Origin: Eledone cirrhosa
Lineage: Eukaryota
Reading direction: 5' to 3'
Assembly (NCBI GenBank): GCA_964016885.1
Contig: OZ024745.1
Span: 51,646,001 to 51,710,000, forward strand
Length of the DNA: 64,000 nt
Under the pieces are notes generated by a model, which saw nothing but the letters and a program-made list of their open reading frames with translations, was not told the origin of the DNA and made no database searches. The position numbers were made by a program, and so were the translations under genes. Below are positions 41,810 to 52,419 of this stretch, in pieces. How positions within the stretch are numbered: the stretch's first letter is position 1; each line of letters opens with the position of its first letter.

Positions 41810-42165
41810 GGAAAGGGAGATCAAGGAGAGGTTAGGGCAAATATTGCTCAAGTTATGCTGGAAGCCGACAAAGGTGAAGAAGAGGAAGAAGACAGAAATC
41901 AACTTCATCAAAAGGACTTTTCTTCCTTTACAAACATCGAGCTTTCCACTTTTGTAACTCCTGGTATAAAAACTTTCTTCACAAGATTTTCTATCAGCAC
42001 CGATTTCCTCGAGAAAGACCCTTCATCTTGAGAAGACAGTTCTTGTGAATGATGTGTCAGGATTACAATAACATTCTCACAAACGATGAAACTGAGAAAC
42101 AGTTTGTTTTGAAGATCGTTACCGAAAACTCTAAAACATACCCAACTGCCAATAAATTCTCTCTT
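41810..42165 (+). pseudogene. DNA transposase C-terminal remnant (hATm-like)
   Basis: LSTFVTPGIKTFFTRFSISTDFLEKDPSS*E..VLVND..QDYNNILTNDETEKQFVLKIV resembles the FF..F.I..DFL..DP..W / VVND.AERG...DYN..LT.DE..KQ.LLQVV motif. Confidence 0.6.
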
Positions 42166-42173
42166 ATGCAAAA

Positions 42174-42345
42174 ATAACTGTTTCTACTTTTGGCACAAGG
42201 TCAACAATTATGCCAGTGCATTACTGGTACTTTATTTTATCGACCTCGAAAGGATGAAAGTCACGGATGACCTCGGCGGGATTTGAACTCCGAGAGCAGA
42301 GAGCTGGAATGAGTACCATAACGAATTCTATCCGACGTTCTAATA
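42174..42345 (-). mobile_element. Diverged SINE
   Basis: ctggtactttattttatcgacctcgaaaggatgaaag..cctcggcgggatttgaactc. Confidence 0.8.
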
Positions 42346-44463
42346 TTCAGAGGTCAATGTTCACATGTTTTTGATTCTGTCGAAATTATTGTTGTAAATA
42401 AAAATGTATTTCTCTTATAGAAGTTGTGTGCTTTATTAAGAAAACCTAATATTTCTTAAGTTTTGCATGTTATTTTAGGAACTTTTCAAATTAACCATTG
42501 GTAAATTTGATTCAGAACGTTTCTAAACATTTGCTGGGGTTGCCTGAATGTGTTCACATAAATTTCTCTAAGAAGAAAAAAGAAAATGGTCGAGATAGGG
42601 AACAGTACACCGCTTTTGAACCTAATTAAACGTTGCGTATACTATGATCCAACTTCAAGGCCTCATATACATATATATAACAGTTGTTATATATATATAT
42701 ATATATATATATTGTCAAATTATATTGAGTCTTTTTTCTCGTTGATTTGGTCCATGCGGCTGGCTTACCGGTCGCAATCTTCAATTTGCCAAGCTGTCTA
42801 AACGTAATGTTATTACTCTAAGGTAAAATACCTTATTGAGTGCTTAGCTGCACATTCCGATTGCATACGTTAGCTTAGCTGCAGCCAGAGCTTCGATTAA
42901 GCTGAACACTTCCATTTGTATATATATATGCAGCTATATATATATATATATATACACACACTGTTCACTGTTTCCCAATACAAAGTCCATCATCGATACA
43001 TATTCGAATATAATTCCTTATATAGAAATAAGTGAGTAGATTAAACCACGATTTCCATTTTGAAAGGAAAGAAAATCATGAGAGTTGTATACTGAAAGCA
43101 AATATTCCAGCTGGGATGGAAAGAAAAATTTAACTTTAAATTGTTAACAACTTCTCACTCCGTAAAACTCATCTCAAGGATACGCGAATCATTGAAAGTA
43201 ATTGCAAAATACACGATTTAAACTGAAACAAGTGTTAATGTATTAATATCACTTGTGAACGAGACATTTTTCAACAATAATCATTTTCAGATGTTCAGTA
43301 ATATAAGTATGATTACATAACTAACATGTATGCAATGAGTCACCAAAATATTCCTGAAATTGAATGCTTGTCCCTAAATTTCACTATTAAGGTATAATCA
43401 TATGTATGAATCTATATGATATATTTTCCCGATATCTTCATTTTATCATACTATATGTAGGCATATAATAAACATTCAGGTACAGAAGCATACATAGGAA
43501 TCTGAATTGCATACAAAGCTGGAATCGATTCAATTATGTTGTGAACTTTTAATTCTATTAACGTAGAAGCAAACACTGACCAAGACTTGAATTATTAAGC
43601 GGAATAGGTCATCACATCTATTTTAGTTTAAGTGCAATAATGTGTCTGATTGTTTAAACAAGAAAGTGTTTGCATCAAAACAACTAAACTGGGAACGTAT
43701 ACTGACTTCAAAATGATTGTTATTAAGGAATAGATGTTTCTGATTAGAAAATCCAATACGGCATGCATTATTATCATTTGATACAATAATTTACCAACAA
43801 CATGTCACAGGCTATTCTATTAAATTGGTTATGCAGAACTACACATTATAAGCGAGGAAAATCAAAACTTCGGGAAACAAATATAATTTTTGGAGCAGAA
43901 CACTGATCAGAATTTAGAAGGGCGTGGCTTTCTTATTCATTTATAATGTATCAGAACTTATGATTTAATATTACTCCAGATCAAACGTTTTACGTTAGAT
44001 ATAATACCTTTCTCAAATTTATATGTAAATACCTGTTTGTCTTCTAAATAGACATAATCAAAGTGAATGTAAAAATAACGACTCGTTTAATATATATGAC
44101 TATAGTGTAAACATTTGGGGGAGAACAGAAAATCTACAATAGAATGTTTTTATTGACAGAATGGCACTTCCAATATCGGTTTAGAACACCGTTCTGCATG
44201 AAGATTTTTGTAAAGATAATTTTTAAAAAGCCATTGTTTCATCCAATAGATTATGGTCATGCTGGAGCACCGGCTTCATTTATTCTTTTATATTTACATC
44301 AATATATATTTTTTCAAGTCTGGTTAATTTTGTTTTCCCAATATGTTATAGAACGTAAGCAAAGAGAGAACCACACACACATACAGGTACAGACAAAATA
44401 TTCACACACACACACACACATACACATAGAGACGCACACACAGATACAAACAGACACATACAT

Positions 44464-44509
<46 letters not shown>

Positions 44510-44513
<4 letters not shown>

Positions 44514-44797
44514 ATACTTTGGGAGGGTCATGTTGCCAATAAGAAACACACGCACCAGTTGCTTTCACTTCAATTTAATTTAATATATATTTATAAATTT
44601 ACAAATTTATAAATTATAAATTTGTAAAAAATATAAATTTATAAATTTGTAAATTTATAAATATATATTAAATTAAATTGAAGTGAAAGCAACTGGTGCG
44701 TGTGTTTCTTATTGGCAACATGACCCTCCCAAAGTATAACAATATCGGTTTCAACACACGATTTCAGATAAAGAATCTTGCTAAACAAATTCAGAAA

Positions 44798-44800
<3 letters not shown>
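44510..44800. mobile_element. Short fold-back of family B (truncated before the HHR)
   Basis: Palindrome 44510-44741; its tail 44742-44800 is the same as 37657-37716. Confidence 0.9.
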
Positions 44801-44834
<34 letters not shown>

Positions 44835-44877
44835 TATATGCATATAATATATGTGCATATTGTATATATATATATAG

Positions 44878-45073
44878 AGGTAGAACAGTGGAAGCTAATA
44901 TCCGTAGTGGTAGAGCACTCAGTTCATGGGACGAGCTAGGTAGAAGTGGTAACACAACAGTTTGTTCACAATGCCGAGAACAATTGTTTCACCAGGTCCA
45001 TTACGAGCTGAGGATCCGCTAAGGTGAAACAATTGTTCTCGCTATGGTGAACTAACTGTTGTGTAACCACTTC
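44878..45073. mobile_element. Fold-back of the CUGAGGA-HHR family
   Basis: About 44941-44992 is inverted against 45022-45073; tail on the left only. Confidence 0.8.
44998..45047 (+). ncRNA. Minimal type-I hammerhead ribozyme
   Basis: ccat-ta-cgag-CTGAGGA-t-cc(gctaa)gg-t-GAAA-c(aatt)g-TT|ctcg-ct-atgg. Palindromic ACAATTGT stem III; stem I extended past a 2x2 internal loop. Confidence 0.75.
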
Positions 45074-45079
45074 TATATA

Positions 45080-45912
45080 TATATATCGGTAGCACAATCC
45101 GGCCGCTACACATCCGTATGAAGGAGCACATCAACACCAGGGCCTCGTCTTTCCGGAAACACATAACCAAATGCGGAAACAAATATGGAAGGCCCATTGT
45201 CACAGTGCTAGCGACAGAACGCAACGTTTGCACGTTACGAATCAAGGAAGCACTTTGGATCAAACGCCTAGGGCCACAAATAAATAACCGATCCGAGAGA
45301 AGCGAATTGAGGTGGTTGGTGTAAACAAACGAGACAACAACCCACGCACACACACACAGTAGCATTCAACCGACCAGGCAAACGAAGAATACTACTACCA
45401 TACGAATATACTACACTGCTAATACAGAAACCAGCACAGATAGATAGTACAATCGATTGACAGCTAACGCCACCCCACTCCCACAATTAAAAGAACTACA
45501 TCGACCGTCGATCTTTGCTTTACCGGTCTTATTCCGTGCGCACGCGCGCTCTGCTGAATACCGCAGTTAGTCAAAACAACGAACAGAAGAGGACACTTAC
45601 CGTTCCTCTCCGACAGATAACCTTCCGCCCCCGGAACCCCTCCCCAGTTGATGGATGCGAATCCGAAATATAAGGACAATTAAATCTCTCCCAAGGTAAC
45701 TCTATCTCGTGTTATTATTTTTATTTTTTACGCTCTTTCCTACGTTCCTCTACACACTATACATCTCATTCTACATTCCCTTACATATCTCTCTTCACCA
45801 CCGGATCCTGTTACCCGTAGAATTAACCATCTGCATTGTTGAGGCTTCCAAAACAACCAAAATAAAATAAATCTTATTATTCCACAATGCTTCAAGAAAA
45901 CTTCAATACTCT

Positions 45913-45917
<5 letters not shown>
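45080..45917 (+). mobile_element. 5'-truncated PLE: GIY-YIG C-terminal half plus 3' UTR
   Basis: YIGSTIRPLHIRMKEH..SSFRKHITKC..LRIKEALWIKRLGPQINNRSE; ends cttcaatactctctta-(TA)n. Confidence 0.9.
45641..45676 (+). ncRNA. Candidate variant hammerhead (core CAGUUGA+U)
   Basis: tccc-CAGTTGA-t-ggat(gcga)atcc-GAAA-tata..agga; same motif at 46147-46182 (-) and partly at 7830-7861 (-). Confidence 0.45.
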
Positions 45918-45956
<39 letters not shown>

Positions 45957-45957
<1 letters not shown>

Positions 45958-47266
45958 GTCTTTAGGTCGTTTTGGAAGCCTCAACAATGCAGATGGGTAA
46001 TTATCCAGGTAACAAGATCCGGTGGTGAAGAGAGAGATGTAAGTGAATGTAGATTGAGATGTATAGTGTGTAGAAGAACGTAGGAAAGAGCGTAAAAAAT
46101 AAAAATAATAACACGAGATACAGTTACCTTGGGAGAGATTTAATTGTCCCTATATATTTCGGATTCACATCCATCAACTGGGTTTTTTTTCCGGGTGGGA
46201 GGTTGTCTGTCGGAAAGGTGCTAAACGTATCCTCCGCTGTTCGTTGTTTTGAATATCTGAGGTATTCAGCAGAGCGCGCGTGCGCGTGAAATTGGCTCGG
46301 TCAAGTATAGGCGGCGGACGACATAGTTCTTTTAATTGTGGCAGTGGGGTAGCATTAGCTGTCAATACATTGTATTAACTGCCCGTTCTGGTTTCTGTAT
46401 TAGCAGTGTTGAATAGTGTGTGGTGGTGATAGTATTCTCTGCCTGTTTGGTGAATGTTATAGTGTATGTGTGTGCGTGTGTTTTGTCTCGCTTGTGTGTA
46501 TGCGTGTGTTGTTGCATCGTTTGTTTATTTAAACCAACCATCTCATTTCGCTTCTCTCGGATCGGTTATTTATTTGTGGCCCTAGGCGTTTGAAACAAAG
46601 TGCTTCCTTGATTCGTAATGTGCCGACGTTTCTTTGCGTTGCTAGAATTGTGACAATGGGCCTTCCGTCTTTGTTTCCGCATTTGGTTATGTGTTTCCGG
46701 AAAGACGAGGCTCTGGTGTTAATGTGCTCCTTGATCCGGATATGTAGCGGCCGGATTGTGCTACCTATATAGTAGTGGTTGCACTTGTTACATTCTATCT
46801 GATACACGACGTATGTGCGTAGGCAACAGTTCGTATGGCGCATCGGGCAGTTTCTGAGGGAGCACGCGTCAGTCGATTTCCCGGGTTTCCTGGAGAGGTA
46901 TCTTCGCAGGGAGGTGCCCGAGTGGGCCAGGTGCACGTCGATGCCCTCCCTCCGTATAGCCTTACGGATAGCGTTGGTGGTATTCTCGCCCAGGTGTGGT
47001 ATTTTAAGGAAGCACTTGCCTTGGGCGTTTCTCTGCCTCTTGCGTCTGGAGTCTCTTATTCTGTTTGTGAGTGAGGCAGGGTACACGTTCGTCTCCAGCA
47101 TTTTGAGGAATCGCTTGGTATGGGTGACACCACTCGCGGGATCGTTGCATGTGTTTTTAATTCGCGTGATCTCGATCTTGATGTATCATCTTTTAGCACT
47201 GTTAGGGAGGGCGGACTTGTAGTGGACGAACTGGTCCATGCAGGCTGCATTTCAATACTCTCTTAT
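45957..47266 (-). mobile_element. 5'-truncated PLE (RT thumb end, Cys linker, GIY-YIG endonuclease) with tiny inverted tail
   Basis: ORF 46529-47101: FLKIPHLGE..CSLRNCPMRHTNCCLRTYVVYQIECNKCNHYYIGSTIRPLHIRIKEH..HITKC..KEAL..PQINNRSE. The plus-strand ttcaatactctctta at about 47251-47265 is the inverted 3' tail. Confidence 0.9.
46147..46182 (-). ncRNA. Candidate variant hammerhead (core CAGUUGA+U)
   Basis: cc-CAGTTGA-t-ggat(gtga)atcc-GAAA-t(at)a-TA|ggga. Confidence 0.45.
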
Positions 47267-47285
47267 ATATGTATGTATGTGAAAG

Positions 47286-47430
47286 ACGGCGAATTGGCAG
47301 GATTGTTAGAAAGTCGGATAGAATGCTACGGGTTATTCGTTTCGGCTATCTAATTCCCTTGTTCATATTGCACCAAGGTCACCTTTGCCTTCCATCCTTT
47401 CGAGAAAAAGACAACTATAGTACTGGGTTT
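47286..47430 (+). mobile_element. Old SINE subfamily copy
   Basis: ggcgaattggcaggattgttaga A-box region; tttgccttccatcctttcg central domain. Confidence 0.55.
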
Positions 47431-47605
47431 GATTCTTCTTCTATATCGCTTTCTACACCCATTCATTCACTGTATATCCTTCTAAGGAAGAAATCGTCCG
47501 TATTCAAACCTGTAGATGAGTTGGCTCTGCCAAGTTTAACAACGCTCTAATAAGTATCGTATGTCAATGCGCTGCTCCATAGCTTCCGGCCCATACATAA
47601 ACACA

Positions 47606-47656
<51 letters not shown>

Positions 47657-47663
47657 GCACACA

Positions 47664-47725
<62 letters not shown>

Positions 47726-47730
<5 letters not shown>

Positions 47731-47781
47731 GAAAGTGAGGCTGGAGAAAGAAGCTTCTTTCTCCAGCCTCACTTTCATATA
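47726..47781. repeat. Perfect 56-bp palindrome centred on AAGCTT
   Basis: tatatgaaagtgaggctggagaaagaag|cttctttctccagcctcactttcatata. Confidence 0.9.
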
Positions 47782-48219
47782 GATTGAATTTTTGTTTTTT
47801 AAAATCCAAATTCAATAAACAGACCAGGATTTTTTCATACTGAGGATTTAAAGCAAAATGTTTTGCTTTTAAGAAACCACTGGTAAATGGAATAATTGCC
47901 TTATGTTGTTTATTAGATAACTATTAAGCTCTGTTATCTACATAGAGCACTCTTTTTTCCTGGACTTTTCCGACGGAATTACTTCATTTATATATATATA
48001 TATATATAGATTAGCGACAATCGCATTTCGGCTAGTGGAAATTAGCAAAACAAACTTCCGAATTGTGTGGCAAGCGCTCGATAGATACGAGTGTATTAGA
48101 GCAATACACATACGTTAAAAAGGCCATACACACTGAGTCGACGGTTAAACCATTAACCGCAAACTCAATAAAGGGAGCAAGCTATCCGGGTCAAACAACT
48201 GATAATATATGATTGACAA

Positions 48220-48288
<69 letters not shown>

Positions 48289-48661
48289 GTATATATATAT
48301 ATATATAAGTTGAAAAAAAATGAAAACGAAATTTCATTTCTCACTCTTAGTATGGCACTTACTTAAATGTAAGTATGTATGTATACGTACATACATATAT
48401 GTATACAGACGTACAGTAGCATGCATACATATATACATATATGTATACATATATATATATATATATATATACATACATATATATACATATACATACACAT
48501 ATGCATACAGGTACACATACATATATGCACGCATCAGTTTAGCCGACGTTTATTATAACGCCTGCTTTGTTCGTTTGTTTATCAACAAATCGAACAGCCT
48601 GAATTTATGCCATACGGTGTTAAGGCAACCACGTCACCTTTTTGTTCAACACTGACACAGG

Positions 48662-48706
48662 AACGATGTACTAGTTTCAAGCTTGTTAGCTATCATCAGC
48701 ACCGTT
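48662..48706 (-). ncRNA. Minimal hammerhead, array copy 1
   Basis: aacggtg-CTGATGA-t-agct(aaca)agct-t-GAAA-c(ta)g-TA|catcgtt. 7-bp stem I, palindromic ACTAGT stem III, GUA site. Confidence 0.85.
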
Positions 48707-48955
48707 TTCCCATCTGCCAGATAGTTGAACGTTCGAAAGTATATACTTTCCTTATGAAAATTAACGGCTGAGCAGCCTAATTTGCATATTGAGTGAGTTA
48801 AATCGGTCAGGCATACCGAAAACGATAAGTTGAACAAAATGAAAACGAAATTTCATTTCTCACTCTTAGTATGGCACTTACTTAAATGTAAGTATTTATG
48901 TATACGTACATACATATATGTATACAGACTTACAGTAGCATGCATACATATATAC

Positions 48956-48986
<31 letters not shown>

Positions 48987-49158
48987 CATACATATATATA
49001 CATATACATACACATACATATATGCACGCATCAGTTTAGCCGACGTTTATTATAACGCCTGCTTTGTTCGTTTGTTTATCAACAAATCGAACAGCCTGAA
49101 TTTATGCCATACGGTGTTAAGGCAACCACGTCACCTTTTTGTTCAACACTGACACAGG

Positions 49159-49203
49159 AACGATGTACTAGTTTCAAGCTTGTTAGCTATCATCAGCACC
49201 GTT
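49159..49203 (-). ncRNA. Minimal hammerhead, array copy 2
   Basis: Identical 45-nt motif. Confidence 0.85.
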
Positions 49204-49452
49204 TACCCATCTGCCAGATAGTTGAACGTTCGAAAGTATATACTTTCCTTATGAAAATTAACGGCTGAGCAGCCTAATTTGCATATTGAGTGAGTTAAAT
49301 CGGTCAGGCATACCGAAAACGATAAGTTGAAAAAAATGAAAACGAAATTTCATTTCTCACTCTTAGTATGGCACTTACTTAAATGTAAGTATGTATGTAT
49401 ACGTACATACATATATGTATACAGACGTACAGTAGCATGCATACATATATAC

Positions 49453-49501
<49 letters not shown>

Positions 49502-49687
49502 CATATATATACATATACATACACATATGCATACAGGTACACATACATATATGCACGCATCAGTTTAGCCGACGTTTATTATAACGCCTGCTTTGTTCGT
49601 TTGTTTATCAACAAATCGAACAGCCTGAATTTATGCCATACGGTGTTAAGGCAACCACGTCACCTTTTTGTTCAACACTGACACAGG

Positions 49688-49732
49688 AACGATGTACTAG
49701 TTTCAAGCTTGTTAGCTATCATCAGCACCGTT
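49688..49732 (-). ncRNA. Minimal hammerhead, array copy 3
   Basis: Identical 45-nt motif. Confidence 0.85.
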
Positions 49733-49981
49733 TTCCCATCTGCCAGATAGTTGAACGTTCGAAAGTATATACTTTCCTTATGAAAATTAACGGCTGAGCA
49801 GCCTAATTTGCATATTGAGTGAGTTAAATCGGTCAGGCATACCGAAAACGATAAGTTGAACAAAATGAAAACGAAATTTCATTTCTCACTCTTAGTATGG
49901 CACTTACTTAAATGTAAGTATTTATGTATACGTACATACATATATGTATACAGACTTACAGTAGCATGCATACATATATAC

Positions 49982-50012
<31 letters not shown>

Positions 50013-50184
50013 CATACATATATATACATATACATACACATACATATATGCACGCATCAGTTTAGCCGACGTTTATTATAACGCCTGCTTTGTTCGTTTG
50101 TTTATCAACAAATCGAACAGCCTGAATTTATGCCATACGGTGTTAAGGCAACCACGTCACCTTTTTGTTCAACACTGACACAGG

Positions 50185-50229
50185 AACGATGTACTAGTTT
50201 CAAGCTTGTTAGCTATCATCAGCACCGTT
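50185..50229 (-). ncRNA. Minimal hammerhead, array copy 4
   Basis: Identical 45-nt motif. Confidence 0.85.
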
Positions 50230-50478
50230 TACCCATCTGCCAGATAGTTGAACGTTCGAAAGTATATACTTTCCTTATGAAAATTAACGGCTGAGCAGCC
50301 TAATTTGCATATTGAGTGAGTTAAATCGGTCAGGCATACCGAAAACGATAAGTTGAAAAAAATGAAAACGAAATTTCATTTCTCACTCTTAGTATGGCAC
50401 TTACTTAAATGTAAGTATGTATGTATACGTACATACATATATGTATACAGACGTACAGTAGCATGCATACATATATAC

Positions 50479-50509
<31 letters not shown>

Positions 50510-50699
50510 CATACATATATATACATATACATACACATATGCATACAGGTACACATACATATATGCACGCATCAGTTTAGCCGACGTTTATTATAACGCC
50601 TGCTTTGTTCGTTTGTTTATCAACAAATCGAACAGCCTGAATTTATGCCATACGGTGTTAAGGCAACCACGTCACCTTTTTGTTCAACACTGACACAGG

Positions 50700-50744
50700 A
50701 ACGATGTACTAGTTTCAAGCTTGTTAGCTATCATCAGCACCGTT
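50700..50744 (-). ncRNA. Minimal hammerhead, array copy 5
   Basis: Identical 45-nt motif. Confidence 0.85.
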
Positions 50745-50993
50745 TACCCATCTGCCAGATAGTTGAACGTTCTAAAGTATATACTTTCCTTATGAAAATT
50801 AACGGCTGAGCAGCCTAATTTGCATATTGAGTGAGTTAAATCGGTCAGGCATACCGAAAACGATAAGTTGAAAAAAATGAAAACGAAATTTCATTTCTCA
50901 CTCTTAGTATGGCACTTACTTAAATGTAAGTATGTATGTATACGTACATACATATATGTATACAGACGTACAGTAGCATGCATAGATATATAC

Positions 50994-51038
<45 letters not shown>

Positions 51039-51370
51039 CATATATATACATATACATACACATATGCATACAGGTACACATACATATATGCACGCATCAG
51101 TTTAGCCGACGTTTATTATAACGCCTGCTTTGTTCGTTTGTTTATCAACAAATCGAACAGCCTGAAACTAGTACATCGTTCCTGTGTCAGTGTTGAACAA
51201 AAAGGTGACGTGGTTGCCTTAACACCGTATGGCATAAATTCAGGCTGTTCGATTTGTTGATAAACAAACGAACAAAGCAGGCGTTATAATAAACGTCGGC
51301 TAAACTGATGCGTGCATATATGTATGTGTACCTGTATGCATATGTGTATGTATATGTATATATATGTATG

Positions 51371-51401
<31 letters not shown>

Positions 51402-51466
51402 GTATATATGTATGCATGCTACTGTACGTCTGTATACATATATGTATGTACGTATACATACATACT

Positions 51467-51520
<54 letters not shown>

Positions 51521-51537
51521 TTATATATATATATATG

Positions 51538-51568
<31 letters not shown>

Positions 51569-51667
51569 GTATATATATGTATATATATGTATATATATGT
51601 ATATATGTATATATATATATATGTATATATATAATGGTATATAGTGGTTATATATAGTGGTATATAT

Positions 51668-51824
51668 GTAGTGGTAGAGCACTCAGTCCATGGGACGAGT
51701 TAGGTAGAAGTGGTTACACAACAGTTAGTTCACCATACCGAGAACAATTGTTTCACCTTAGCGGATCCTCTGCTCGTAATGGACATGTTTATCCGTATAA
51801 CCATGTCCATTACGAGCTGAGGAT
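51668..51824 (-). mobile_element. CUGAGGA-family copy with U4A-mutated HHR (51733-51782)
   Basis: Minus strand ccattacgag-CAGAGGA-tccgctaaggt-GAAA-caattg-TT|ctcggtatgg, followed by an inverted ccattacgagctgaggat stub. Confidence 0.7.
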
Positions 51825-52350
51825 AATGTTCGGTAAACCCATACGCACATATATATGTGTGCATGTATGTATGTATATACATACTACTGTACGTCTGTAT
51901 ACATATATGTATGTACGTATACATACTTATATTTAAGTATCAGCCGTACTAAGAGTGAGAAATGAAATTTCATTTTTTCCATTTATCGTTTTCGGTACAC
52001 CCAACCGACTAACTCACTCGATATACAAATTAGGCTGCTCATCCGTTAATATACATAAGGAAAGTATATACTTTCAAACATTCAATCAACTGACAGGAAG
52101 GTATACAGTGCTGATGACAGCTAATAAGCTAGAAACTAGTTCATAGTTCCATTATCAGTGTTGCACCAAAAGGCAACGATGGTTGCCAAACACTGTACAG
52201 CTTATAATTTGTGCTGTTTGTTTACAAAGAAACCGAGCATTATAATAAATGTTTGGTAAACCTATACGTACATATATATGTGCGTGCATGTATGTACGTA
52301 TATACATACTACTGTACGTCTGTATACATATATGTATGTACGTATACATA

Positions 52351-52353
<3 letters not shown>
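51825..52353 (+). mobile_element. Diverged subfamily of the array unit, about 1.2 tandem copies
   Basis: aatgtt(c/t)ggtaaacc..atactactgtacgtctgtatac occurs twice (about 51825 and 52248); the intervening sequence is homologous to the array unit. Confidence 0.85.
52104..52148 (+). ncRNA. Diverged hammerhead of the array family
   Basis: tacagtg-CTGATGA-c-agct(aata)agct-a-GAAA-c(ta)g-TT|catagtt. Confidence 0.7.

Positions 52354-52419
<66 letters not shown>

Larger units (their letters stand above)
48308..51470 (-). mobile_element. Tandem array of a ~510-bp non-coding HHR unit (5.6 copies) ending in an inverted partial copy
   Basis: Unit starts at about 48308, 48827, 49324, 49853, 50350 and 50865; HHR spacing 497/529/497/515; inversion at about 51164; (TA)n at both ends. 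Confidence 0.95.

Noticed and set aside
48308-51470. CRISPR array or repeated small CDS ([10 protein letters not shown]...)
   Set aside because: Whole units repeat with no unique spacers and no cas genes, in a eukaryotic context; ORF frames shift with TA length.
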